Notes under the pieces: generated by a model | Databases searched by the model: none | The model's input: only the letters and a program-made list of their open reading frames with translations | Told to the model about the DNA's origin: nothing | Assembly: GCA_024626585.2 (NCBI GenBank) | Contig: JANKJI020000002.1 | Coordinates: 214,306,766 to 214,336,209 of the forward strand | Direction of reading: 5' to 3' | DNA from: Ginkgo biloba | Taxonomy: Eukaryota; Plantae; Ginkgophyta | Length of the DNA: 29,444 nt | Part shown: in pieces, positions 1-12,413 of the stretch | Layout of the letters: every line of letters starts with the position of its first letter | Numbering within the stretch: the first letter of the stretch is position 1 | Translations under genes and position numbers: made by a program

Positions 1-1230
1 ATTTTATGGTAACCATAGGTTGAACCTATACCACAATGTTTCTTCTTAAATATGTAGAACCTTCTATGTATTGTCAGAAACAATCATTGTCATAACTCAT
101 ATATCTCAATTATATAACTGTAAAGCATATACATCATAGGTCATCGTATATAGAAAATGAAAACTTACATGACATAGTTATGGAAAGTAGCCTATTTTTC
201 GGCATGCCATTTTGACAGGTTGTAAACATGCTTCACTCTCTTGTTCAAATTGTTGCTTCCAATCACCATAATTGAAGGTTGACTACAATTTCAAGTTGCT
301 TGTATATGGTATAGTTGGGAATGCAACGTGTTTGGCAATACTTGTTATTTTTCTTCTAGTAGAGGGTAAATACTGAAGTATTCTATTCATAAATATTTGG
401 TACTTGTTCATGTTCTTGTGAGAATCAATAATTACATAGTGAGAAACAAGTCGGCATATAGGTTAAGACATGGTGACAACCTTGGTTGTGTGAGCATTAT
501 GCAAGTTTTCCAAAGTATTATATTAGACATCAATTTGGACTAGTGAAAATATTTTGATAGTTTCCAATCCACAATTCAAACAATATAATACCTTTAACTA
601 TGACGTATTTCTATAGGGCATTGGAATAATAGGAAGAACCCTTAACTAGTTTGGAGAAACAACATACACAAGTCTTCCTAACCTAAGTTCACTCCCTCTC
701 ACTAAATGGCTAGAGGATTTATAAATGAACATGGTCTTTATTTGGGTTTTTATTCATTTTCTTGGCTGTAAGTTTTTTGATAAGCAATAATCATTAAGAG
801 ACATATAAACCCTCTCTTAAATAAGGACATTGTGTGACATATATTGTAGTTGTAAAAAAAGGGCCAATGTAAAGAGTTATAAAATTTTATTACCAAGAGT
901 ATGAATTACAATCCTAAATTCATGCGCCATGCCTCTAAAGGCCTATATTTTTGTGGAAAGTGTAATTGGTGATCCATGGCCATTATCAATGGTTTTATGA
1001 AATTGTTGACTATGGGTTATTAATCTAGGGATAAGCATAGGTCCTTTTGCATCTATATGACCAAGGACCAAGGGTTTAAACAACCATAAAGAAGCCAAAT
1101 GCCAAGGAATGTAAGGTAGGGACAAAGAAANNNNNNNNNNNNNNNNNNNNNNNNNNNNNNNNNNNNNNNNNNNNNNNNNNNNNNNNNNNNNNNNNNNNNN
1201 NNNNNNNNNNNNNNNNNNNNNNNNNNNNNN

Positions 1231-1380
1231 GACCGTGCTTGATTGCCTCAAATTCATCAATTGGTTGTATGCCTCTTGTAAATCACTCTGTGGGTCATAC
1301 TTTGTGGGCTTAATCTTTTTTCATTCATCCCAGGTGGTGATCTTAGGACTCATTTCAGCATCAACGTCTCTTAGGGTCTA
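1231..1380 (-). mobile_element. Ty3/gypsy gag fragment (degenerate)
   Basis: Minus strand reads ...YDPQSDLQEAYNQLMNLRQSSTV, resembling the retrotransposon gag 'L.NLRQG..TV.EY' motif. It abuts a gap. Confidence 0.5.
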
Positions 1381-3696
1381 TACATGGAGCAAAATAACAT
1401 AGTGAGCAAGTTATTAGAGCATACAACCTTGTTAATAGGCAACTTTTCTACCCCAACTAACTGTGCCAAGTACCAATGAAGCAAAACTACATAACTTCAA
1501 TATTTTGAAAATTTTGTTGGATGATACAACAATTGTATAAAATCAATGGCAAAATGGAAAAACTCTTAGTAATAGTTTAATAAGGCACACTTCCATAAAA
1601 TCATAGTTGTGTGTGCCACATAAGAGTCTCAACGCATTTGAAAATGTTAGTTGAGCATAATTGAGCATAATCTATTATACACTCTCCCTCTTCATGTGCA
1701 CATGTTATCTCTTCTTAAAAAATAGTGAGCACTTACCATTCTCATGATTAACAAGAACACGCTTGTTAGTTAATGAGAATCTTGTCGAAAATGTGTCACT
1801 TGGAGTCCATATCATAAAAAGGAGGGTGCTAATAGTTCAATCATTTCAACAATGCCCAAATTAGGACTTTAAGTCTTTGCTTGCCCCATCAATTTATTCA
1901 AGCTATTACATGATGATAGGGAAGCATGACTTGATGTATTGCTTTTTAACATAAATTTCTCAATGATCCAACCTTTATGATATGTCCTTACAACATGCAT
2001 AAAGTGACACATATAGATTAGTAATTTAACATGGTTGGAATAGATTCATAACCAACAAATAAGGATAGACAACAAATCTCTTCTTTGTTAATGAAATGGC
2101 ATATATTTGGAAGATTGGTACTTGCAAATTCGAATTCATCATGGAAGAAAATCTAAAGGATGTCATAGTGACTTTAATGAAGATACTTAGATAATGGGTA
2201 ACATTAATGTGACAACTCTATAATAAGTACTTGTAAGAAAAATATGCTCAACAATGCATGTTAAGGTATTAGGGTACATAATATAATCTTTCACATACAG
2301 AAGTCACATAGATAAGGATGCTACTCTATGGGATAGNNNNNNNNNNNNNNNNNNNNNNNNNNNNNNNNNNNNNNNNNNNNNNNNNNNNNNNNNNNNNNNN
2401 NNNNNNNNNNNNNNNNNNNNNNNNNNNNNNNNNNNNCCCACAACTTGACCCTACGAGAAAATTCTTTGGTTCACCCATTGTCCACCAAAATTGTAGCATC
2501 CATCTCCATTAATCTTCCCTTTGATGATGAATTACTCAACATCAACACATCTTGCAAATGGTCTTAAACTTAATCTTTGAAGAAGATCCTTTTTGGAGTT
2601 CTTCTTCTACCGCTCTTTTCTCCTACTTTATACTTTCTACAATGAATGTGAGAGAAAAACCTTTTTGGGTGGTCTACCCCATACTTGCAACACTTCACAG
2701 GCGACTGTTTTCTTCTTTTTTGCTGAGGGGATCTTCTCCCCTACATTTTCTCCTTCCTTCCTTTGCTCTGAAATGAATTTTTTGGAAAACACTTCTTTTG
2801 AAATGATGGTTTCGCCCTGCTTGTAATATGGCTTCTTGAGCTTGGAGAATCCTTTCTTCTATTGGAAGGGTTTCTTAAGATCTGTTTTTTTTTTTTTTTC
2901 TCCACATCAATCTGTAGGGAACTTTTCATCAAATTATCCGTGGTAGTAGGTCTTGTGACCACTACCTCTTGTCAGATATGGGTCTTGAAACAATCTACAA
3001 GGTGGTACATTCTATACCTTATGGGTAGGTTTGAGAGGCATGCAAACAATCCATGCAACTTATTGCTCGATTCTTGCACTAAACCATCATGCTTCAAGCC
3101 TATTACTTAACCATAGGCTTCTTACATGTCATTCAGCTACGTACACTTCGTGAACATTATCACTTTCATCTCCATCTAGGTTTCAATAGGTGGTTGCATA
3201 TTATCTTCTATATGTTTTTGGACACCATTCCACCTCTCTTGAGCTAGCCCTTTGAGAGCAAAAGTCACCATGATTGCCTTGTTCTCCTTCAATATGGAAA
3301 AGGGTTTGAAGAAGGATTCCATGGTCCTTACCATGACCTAAAAGAAGACCTTGTTCCCCTTCCATCAAAGTTTGGCATATGCACATTCTTTAAGTGCTTA
3401 ACATTTTTAAGTAACTTTGTCTTTTCGCCCTCTTATGTGTCAATTCCTCTTCCTAGGAGTCTTTTGTTGCACTTTGCATCTGCTCCTTGTGGGATTTGGT
3501 TCTTCTTCTTGATCATCAAATCTTTGGCCCCTAAATGACTCTAGTTCCATCCTTTTTCTTTTCCATTTGTAGTTAAGAATAGGTTTCTCAACTTTTTGTT
3601 GCTACTTTTTTATTCTTTTCGTACATTTCTACATACTAGCCAACATCCCAAGTATTTATGATTCCATATATGTAGCATGGACAAAATATCACCCCA

Positions 3697-3708
3697 ATTT
3701 TGATATTA
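3697..3708 (-). promoter_or_regulatory. Decayed tRNA-iMet primer-binding site of the 2161-4710 element
   Basis: + strand ATTTTGATATTA versus canonical GCTCTGATACCA. All five differences are C>T or G>A transitions, and it lies between gag and the putative 5' LTR start. Confidence 0.4.
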
Positions 3709-4072
3709 TAGTAATAGCTCTANNNNNNNNNNNNNNNNNNNNNNNNNNNNNNNNNNNNNNNNTTAGAATACATAATATAGTCTTTCACATACAAGAGGTG
3801 CATAGATAGGGGTACTAGTCTACAGGACAATGATATAAGGGTAACATGGCCTTAAGGTATTATTGCATTGGTAGCTAAATCTTTAAATGTATCCTTGTGC
3901 AATTGTCAATACCTAGCAACTATGACCTCTCTACTAGACTCCAGTTGTTCACCAAATGCCAATAGTGGTGTCAAGCATTAGGTAATTTTGCAAACCTTTG
4001 GTATCAAGAGTGCTAAGAAGGCTCTACCCTTAGCTGGCAGTATTTATTTTTATTAATTGTAATGCCTTTGTT

Positions 4073-4228
4073 GTGGGTATCCTTTCAATGCATTTATATT
4101 AATTTAAAGTACCGAATGACTGATAATTTAGTGGGTATCCTTTCAACTTGATAGCCACCATAAAGCATGGGTGTATTTCAACTTGTATGGCTAATGTTTT
4201 AGTGGCTATCCTTTCAACTTGATAGCCA
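4073..4228. repeat. Dispersed 27-bp repeat within the putative LTR (GTGG[G/C]TATCCTTTCAACTTGATAGCCA)
   Basis: Full copies at 4131-4157 and 4202-4228 (1 mismatch) and a partial copy at 4073-4088. Confidence 0.85.
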
Positions 4229-6178
4229 TACAAAACACAAGATATCTTCTCATCTCTCCTATTACTAGCTTACAACAATAGCCCATAAAAGATTAAAGCA
4301 ACTAGGCTTAATTATCCCGAATGGATATCCACTACTCCTTATGCCACCTTACGGCCAAGACATAGGGTTTGACAAAGGATAGGGATAAAGTCATGAAGTA
4401 TGCACAAGGAAAGGTTTCCTAAATCAATCAACATCCAATTCAATCATAACAAGCAATAAATCAACTAAAATGCTCTNNNNNNNNNNNNNNNNNNNNNNNN
4501 NNNNNNNNNNNNNNNNNNNNNNNNNNNNNNNNNNNNNNNNNNNNNNNNNNNNNNNNNNNNNNNNNNNNNNNNNNNNCCAGAGCCTCTCTTAGGGTTTTTT
4601 AAGCTTTCTTGACTAACTTTGACTTCCCTTTAAGGTTTTCTAAGCCCGTTTGACGAACTTTGGCTTCCCTTTTGACTAGGCTTAGAACTAGGGTTTCTTG
4701 GGCTATGACAAAATACAACCCAATGGTATCCAATGTTTGCGTTTGAGCTTTATTAGGCGACATAGCAAAAGTTGGCTGAATTGGGATTTGTCAACGTGTA
4801 AATTCAAAGGGTAAGCCTACATTCGATGAAGTTAATTTTATTCACAGTATGAAGACTCTTCTTCCTGCATAATCTCCAACAACAATTTTAGCACAATACT
4901 ATGAGCACTTAGTGCACAAATAATCAAGCGAGTCCCATTACAAAGACAGTTCATAGGATAGGAACTATGCATCAACATGATTGGTTGGGGTAATTCTAGA
5001 ATTAGATGTTGTGGAGGAAGTCCAGATGTGTAATAGTCTTGCCTTTAATCTTGTATGCTAATCTTATATTAATTGTTTAGAAACATGCATGTATAATCAG
5101 AGTGCATAAGTGCATATAAATGAAGAAATGAGGAAAAATAATGTAATAAAGGAAATTATTGATTTATACTAACCCATGTAGCCACATAGCATGCATTCGT
5201 ACAAGACTTAAAGGTTAGACTACTAAGGTCAAGGTAATGGCTTGGTGACTTGGATTAGCACCTACTAGTTGCCCATGAGGACCACCTTTAGGGACCTACC
5301 ATAGCTATCGACACAAACCTCTCACACATAAATACTAACCATCAACTCCAAATAGCCTTCCCATTTGAGTCCACCACTTGTGGCTAGGAAGAGTGCCAGG
5401 TGTAGGCCCGTGGCCCATTCTTTGGCACAAGGGTCATCTCTCAAATAAAAAATGGAGATACCCTCCCCCCTAACAGTTCATATGCACAACATGTTGACCG
5501 CACAAAATACAATGTTAGCATACAACGATGTTAGTTGATTGAGAAGAATGGCCCATTATAGGTGCTAGCATAGCCCACAATATTGTAACATCTCTAGAAT
5601 TATTAGGGTGCTAGCCCTACTCCAAATGTTAGAGCCCTATGACATGCAACTAGGTAACATGCTCACACAAGTGCTATTGCTACTACCTTCCCTAGNNNNN
5701 NNNNNATCGATAAATGAAAATCAAGATACAATCCTCCCCAATGGTTACCATGATAATATAGGTCGCCAATAACCAAGTTCTAGGGTTTACATTCTAGAAA
5801 TAACACATGGCATAAAACCTTTCAAACCCTAATCACATACATTGGTAAAAATCAAAACAAAAAGCACTAATTGACCCTTTTGACTAAGATGGCCTCACTA
5901 TAGGGATTCTAGATCTAAGTATATAGGGTTTACAAACCCATACAAGTTCGTACATAACCATGTATTCAAATTCTATATTGTGTGGGAAATAATAGTATGG
6001 CAAAAATAGTAATGAAAGAGTGAGGATAAATAATACATACCTTAGAATGGCACTTACCCAATACATCTGGGCTCTCTGGAGGTTTGGAAAGCCTCCTTAT
6101 GTAAAAATGTTGCAAATCTTCCTTCAGGATGCAACGTACTTCATGCAAAGTTAGATGTAGTGTAGATAAAAGGATAGC

Positions 6179-6274
6179 CGCAGTCATAGTTTGTATACAT
6201 GCTTAATGCACAGTCGCAGTCATGCATTCCTACTTAATGTGCAATCGCAGTCATGCATCCATGCTTAATGTGCA
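6179..6274. repeat. About 31-bp tandem repeat, 3 imperfect copies (CGCAGTCATGCATCCATGCTTAATGTGCAAT)
   Basis: Copies start at 6179, 6215 and 6246. Confidence 0.85.
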
Positions 6275-6707
6275 CGCATAGTCTAAAATCAATCTGACGC
6301 ATCTAAAATTGTTGCGAATTGCTTCTACATGTTGGATGGGCCTTCCAAATGCTCTATAAACTCTCAAAACCCTTCCAAAAGGGGCGCCTTCTACTATGGA
6401 ATCTCTTAAGGTATTTTCTCTCCAAGAAAACCCTCAAAAAGCCACCATAAATGCAAAAAAGCCTCTACAGGTAANNNNNNNNNNNNNNNNNNNNNNNNNN
6501 NNNNNNNNNNNNNNNNNNNNNNNNNNNNNNNNNNNNNNNNNNNNNNNNNNNNNNNNNNNNNNNNNNNNNNNNNNAAAGAAGCCAACATCTATAATATAAT
6601 AGTACTAACATCATATTTAAACTTCCTTTTAGAGACATCCTTTAATACTAAGTGACAAGTGTTCCTTAAAGGATCTCTTATGGACTCATTGGGCCTACTT
6701 CTCATGC

Positions 6708-6794
6708 TTGACTTGGGACATATCTTCTTAAGCCACTTTCCATGGTTGACTTGGTACCTATCTTCTTGGACCACTTTCCATGGTTGACTTGGGA
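6708..6794. repeat. 38-bp tandem repeat, about 2.3 copies (TTGACTTGGGACATATCTTCTTAAGCCACTTTCCATGG)
   Basis: Copies at 6708-6745 and 6746-6783, partial copy at 6784-6794. Confidence 0.9.
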
Positions 6795-6856
6795 AATGTT
6801 TGTTCTATAATAAGACGGGTCTAAACTATTTAAATACTTGACNNNNNNNNNNNNNN

Positions 6857-9019
6857 GCTTAAAGCATTGATCCGGTTAGAAGAAAATATATGTGTGATTC
6901 CTTGAGTAGTTTCAATGTCATATGATCATTGATTCTATCAACATCTTTATTTCGAGGCATTAATATGGCACGCTTTAACATATATTTATCGTCATCATAA
7001 CATAAATTAAGTCGAGGATAGGTTGATTGAGTCATTGTATCGATATTAGACGCATCAATTGCCCATTTTCGATTAATTCTTACATAGTCCTCTACAGTCG
7101 TCATGGAATTGTTGAATATTGGTTCACGTCTTTTTCCAATCCGTAATAGGTAATCTATAAATTCTTGTCATTCCAAAGCACTTGTTGCTTCAACTCATAA
7201 ATGTTGTACTCTCATGTTTATTGTTAATTCAAGGATATTGATATGCTACTAGATTTGGGATTTCTTGAAGCAAGCATTCACTATATCTACCCTACTGCCA
7301 CGTGGAATAATAGGTAAAACTTGTCAAAAGTCTCCTCCAAAGAGAACTATTTTTTTCCCATACGGTATGTTTTCTAAATCAAGACTTACTGTTTGCATTA
7401 TGTCTAATAATGAGCAATCCACTATGTCAAATACATGCTTGTGCATCATCGGTGCTTCATCCTATATAATCGTCAATGCAACTTTAATTAATTGTGCCTC
7501 ACATCATTGGACTACGAACATGCAACTAGATCAATCTAAAACTTTGATAGGAATCTTGAATCNNNNNNNNNNNNNNNNNNNNNNNNNNNNNNNNNNNNNN
7601 NNNTGATGAAACTAATGCCAATGCAATTCGTCCTTGAGATCTAACATAAGCTAAGGTTGTGTTGTATAGAAAGGTTTTTCGAGTTCCTCCTAGCCCATCT
7701 ACAAAGAACAGATGTCCCTAGGATGGAATATGCTCTTGGTTCATGGATTCTATGATCATTTGGAAGATATATTTCTATTCAAAATTCAAGGAACAATAGT
7801 CTCGTTCAAATTGTGATTTTAATTTGTGGTCATCAAAATCTCTTAGTGTAATTATATCAAAAAACTGTGAGTGTTTGACCACGTTGAAGCAAACTTCACT
7901 CCAAATCCCATAATGCCATATTTTCAATCTGGCTCATAGTGTATTGTTCTAAAAATTCTCACTTCAAATCACATGTAAGGTTATGTAAGTGCTTTGTGCA
8001 TAATTGACATGGCTTCAATGGTTTACAATAAAGCAATATGGACAAAAGAAGTTGGTGTAATTTTGATCCTATAATATCTAAATGTGTAGCCTCTGATAGA
8101 CATGAATCTCATTTGTTATCATCCATTAGTAGCTTGAGTGCATTTGTAGCTTGTCTGTATGTTTGTTAGGTGACTACATGAATAGTCCTCAAGTCTTCAA
8201 AGCATTTAGCACCAACTACATGCAACAAAAGCAACTGAAGGTGAAATTGTTCTTCATTGGATGGTTGTACAAAATATAACAACTAATTGTAGATTATTGT
8301 CCTCTTACACTTTTTATTTTATCCAACTCTTACACCGTTGATCCCATGTATAAAGTTTTGAATTTCATGGTATAAATATTGTCTCACATCCTCTCAGTTG
8401 TATTATGGTCAAACCAAGTTGTCAAAGTTGTGATATGATTTTGGTTGTGCAGTGTATCTAAAATTTTGTGATTTTCACAAAAGTATGCCATTTGCCTTTC
8501 AAGAAGATGGATTGGTGGGCATAATATGTTGAAAAAATTCATTATACATACGCATATGAAATAGTCGCCAACAACATTTAGAAGAAGAGATTTATCTCTG
8601 AATATCTTTACCAACTAAACCAGAGTTGCTATGCACTTGCATAACCACCATTACATCGTAATGCCTCCTGTACACATACTCATATAGGTACTTCACTACT
8701 TTTACAGTGATAAAAATTTGTACATTGATGTGTCAATTATATTTTGTACATAACTAAAGGTTATATGGAAGTACNNNNNNNNNNTTCATGATTATCCACC
8801 TCAATTTGCTCGCTTGATCTTGTGATTGTTGCATGCTTGTTATTCCTACATCAATATTTGGGGTAGCCATCTTCATCTTCTGTAGTCTCCGATGTGAAGT
8901 CATGTGGATAATGCTCATAGCATTTTCCATCTTTCATGCAAGTAGAATTCACTACCATTGTACCCATAGGCCATGTGTCATAGTTGTCAATATAGTCACA
9001 AATGTATTTGGTTGTTCAT
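6857..9019 (-). mobile_element. Helitron Rep/Hel (replication initiator plus PIF1-family helicase) pseudogene remnant
   Basis: Minus-strand motifs in the correct order: TCMKDGKCYEHYP..F..ET..DEDGYP (about 8860-8950), HINVQI...VKYLYEYVY (about 8670-8735), YFVQPS.EEQFHLQLLLLHVVGAKCFEDLRT (about 8185-8280), Walker A GHLFFVDGLGGTRKTFLY (about 7665-7717), Walker B I*DEAPMMHK (about 7440-7467), GDF*QVLPII, LTINMRV and RAILMPRNKDVDRIN. Many stops and frameshifts. Confidence 0.93.
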
Positions 9020-9119
9020 NNNNNNNNNNNNNNNNNNNNNNNNNNNNNNNNNNNNNNNNNNNNNNNNNNNNNNNNNNNNNNNNNNNNNNNNNNNNNNNNN
9101 NNNNNNNNNNNNNNNNNNN

Positions 9120-10150
9120 CTTGACATTATCCCCCCTTGAAGAGTAAAAGGACGACTAAAATGACTTCATTTGAGAAAAATGAAATGAATGAATGGAGCC
9201 ATTCTCAAATCATTGGAATTCATATGCGGGAGGAGTGAGCAAGAAAAGTACTTTGTAAGGACCCAAGCTTTGATATAGTAGACTCTTTGAGGGAATCCCA
9301 TGTATGTCGTGACTAATAGGCCAACACTAAATCANNNNNNNNNNNNNNNNAACTGTAAACCTGATAATGTATATTATGCCACCATTTCTATTGTTGTTGA
9401 TATGTACAAAGGTTAAGCAATGAAGCTAATTGTAATATGGGTAGAGCATAGGTTGAGTGGTCATACCAAGATTGCATAGATGGACAAAGACTAGAGTGAT
9501 TTGGCAATCCAATTGCTAATGGTAGGATGTGTCTTAACCATAAAGTGGTCCTAAATAGATGTATTTTATGTGAAGAGGATATAATGTAAATATTGGTCCT
9601 AATCAATATATTGGGCATTAGCATACATGGAAAGCATCTATTTAATAGTGGCATTGTGTTGTTTAATAGGGGCATCAATAGTGTGATAGAAAACACTAGA
9701 GTAGAGTTACGAGTTGTATAACTTGAGAAGTGAAATTAGAACTACAGTGAGAAAGAATGTGGAAAAGACAATGGCAATGACAAACAAGAATTTGACAAAT
9801 TCATACATGTCTAAGGAGGGAATGATTATAACTTGATACATGCAAGTGAGATATTTGGTGAAAATAATGACAGAGCAATTCTTGGCAAGCAAAAGAGGGA
9901 AAGGGCTAATAATGTCGTAGGCAACCAACTCAAAGGGAGAAGACATAGAGATAGGTTTCAATTGACCAACAAATGAAGCTTAGGAGACTTAAAATATTGA
10001 CACAATGGACATTTTTGAAGAAAATTAGAAAGGGTATGATGAAGGCAAGGCTTAAATGATCCAAAACCTAGAATGCATAATGGAAGCAAATTAAAGGAAG
10101 CGTAATCACATTCATAAGTTGTAGTCACATGCAAAACATTACTTTTATCA
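9120..10150 (-). mobile_element. Ty3/gypsy integrase remnant with polypurine tract and start of the 3' LTR
   Basis: Minus strand: zinc-binding KCPLCQ, PFELVAYDIISPFP, MLSMYAN...D*DQYL..ILF and GPYKV, then AAGGGGGGATAA followed by TGTCAAG next to a gap. Confidence 0.82.
9127..9138 (-). promoter_or_regulatory. Polypurine tract (PPT) of the gypsy element
   Basis: Minus strand AAGGGGGGATAA immediately precedes TG (9126-9125), downstream of the integrase end. Confidence 0.7.
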
Positions 10151-11509
10151 AAGAAATAATCTAAGATGCTCTACATAGCTTTACATCAAGCTTGGAAGTG
10201 GAGTTAAGGTTTACAAATTTATAGGGCTTAATATCCCTCAAAATGGGATTGATTATTAAAGCGCACATAATTGCTACCACACACAAGGATCATCTTACAA
10301 TTTGCAAACTAGAAGCTTAAGCTTAAAGATTGATATAAAAGAAGGAAGAGTTGGAAAATAATTTCTTACCTCTATAGTATTAATAGTTGGTCTTTTCTAA
10401 CATCTCACTCTAAAAGCTTTTGAAGCCATTTTCCTTTTTATTCACTAAGAAGGAACTAGTGAACTCGAGTTCTAGTAGGCTCTTATAATGTTTCTAGTTA
10501 TAATTGCTAATGTTTTTTTTATTTAGATCTTATCAATTATNNNNNNNNNNNNNNNNNNNNNNNNNNNNNNNNNNNNNNNNNNNNNNNNNNNNNNNNNNNN
10601 NNNNNNNNNNNNNNNNNNNNNNNNNNNNNNNNNNNNNNNNNNNNNNNNNNNNNNNNNNNNNNNNNNNNNNNNNNNNNNNNNNNNNNNNTAAATCTAGAGA
10701 ATAGTGGTGTCCACTTAATTAGTAATGGGAATCAACATGGATTTGGGACGAGCATGACGAATACACATCATAAAGGCAGGGGCATCCCAACACATACCTT
10801 CCAAGGAACTCAAGTACTCAAATTGACTCTAAATCTAAAGGTATATAAGAAAAGTCTTCTTTTGAACCAACAAACTCAGAGGAAACCTCCTAACAGTTGA
10901 GNNNNNNNNNNNNNNNNNNNNNNNNNNNNNNNNNNNNNNNNNNNNNNNNNNNNNNNNNNTCGTGTTTTCTTATCTATATCATGGCTTTAGTGTTTTAGTT
11001 AATTTATGTTGTTCATATTTTTGGACATGTTGATGTATATGTATAGATTATAATTGTTAGTTTATAATTTCTCACTTATATCCAATTCATGTGTACCTTA
11101 GTTGTAGTAAAGATGTAAGGCCTGCCTACAAGCAGAGAAAAAGATTTGCTAGTTCTTTTATAACTATAGACATAGTTCTGTGTTTTGTCATAGAAGTAGA
11201 TTACACTAATAATAAAGTATTACTTTTCATTTTAAAAACATGCAAATTAGATATATGATCACTCAAGCTACAGAGCATGGACCTCCCTATGGGATTCGCC
11301 CTTAAGACCCCTTGAAGGGATGAGAGATTTCTTAAAGAAAAAAAAAACAATGGTACTAACCACAAATGTCTAAAATGCAATGGGAGAAGAGACCTTGCTT
11401 GCCACAACAACTAGTTCTTAGACATAATTTATGGCTTTTCTTAGGGACGTTAGCTTTCCTACCATTACTATATTGAAGCAAAATGATCCTTCTACTTTAG
11501 ATATGACTT

Positions 11510-12413
11510 GAATTAAACCTAACTCCTTTAAGGATGGTGGTCTCCATCATCAACTTAATGAGTTTAGGAAATTCCCTCCTCATCTTCTTCTCCTTTAACC
11601 AACTTCTTGCTTGAGGTAGTTTTCAAAACTCCCTCCCCTCTCTATCCCACATTGTTAGTGCATGTCAGTTCGTGGGAGTGTAAAGGGCCTTACATGCCAT
11701 GGTATCTTCGCCAATGGAGTTGGTTTGCATAGTGGACATGCCCACTCCTATTAACACCATGTTTGATTGGCTACGGGCCTGTGTAACCCTTTGCAGGTCT
11801 AATGAAGCATCCTCCGTTGCCTTGTGGGATCATGTGTGTGTTGTGTGTTATAAAAAGTTAGTTGTGTATGCTATAATTGTGCACCTTGGAATTGTTTTTG
11901 CAACTATAAAAACTCCCTCCACCCCCCTCCCTCACTAAATTTGTGCAGCATTATAACACCTTGCCTAGAGGCCCTCTCTTTGTTTTCCAATATTTCATCT
12001 TTTTCCAATGGCTTATAATCAATTGGAATTAGATCTTCATGTGAAGGTATTAAGACCTCATCTTCACATTGCTCTCCATCTAATATGGAGGGTTCAAAGA
12101 GTTTCAAGTTACCAATATTGAAAACTATATGGATTCCCATATATGGTGACAATTCAAGATTGAAGGCATTACTTCCTATTTTCTTTAAGATAATAAGATG
12201 GACCATACTTAATATGAGCTTCATCTTCAAGTTTCTACCTTAGAATGTCTACTTAAGTAGATGCAACCATACCTTATCAATCATTTGAAATCTATGATTT
12301 ACTGCATGCTTGGATTTGAATTTTTACTATGTTTCTTTACACTTGCCTCTATACCTACTTGATGTATGCAATGAACTTTACTGCCTACTATTGGGCAACA
12401 CTTTCTTTGTGCG
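11510..12413 (-). mobile_element. Chromovirus-like Ty3/gypsy integrase C-terminus and chromodomain, interrupted by an insertion of about 300 bp
   Basis: Minus strand FQMIDKVWLHL..., KYGP, ILKKIGSNAFNLELSPYMGIHIVFNIGNLKLFEP, then chromodomain-like EILENKERASRQG...//...ARSWLKEKKMRREFPKL and a purine-rich tract at about 11517-11531. Confidence 0.78.

Larger units (their letters stand above)
2161..4710 (-). mobile_element. Degenerate Ty3/gypsy LTR retrotransposon (5' LTR about 3710-4710, gag-protease 2437-3690, 3' LTR from 2161 into the gap)
   Basis: Inverted termini TGTCATAG (2161) and CTATGACA (4710). A related sequence TACATAATATA.TCTTTCACATACA occurs at about 2274 and about 3769, consistent with two LTRs. 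Minus strand has an eroded zinc knuckle (VKCCKYGVDHPKR, about 2660-2700) and protease motif ATILVDNG*TKEF (about 2459-2497). Flanks AAGGA and AAATA are a weak TSD. Confidence 0.65.

Noticed and set aside
3999-4010. Plus-strand PBS-like TGGTATCAAGAG
   Set aside because: It is not preceded by an LTR CA end and lies inside the putative LTR of a minus-strand element.
6179-6794. 31-bp and 38-bp repeats as a CRISPR array
   Set aside because: Units are contiguous with no unique spacers, there are no cas genes, and the context is eukaryotic TE sequence.
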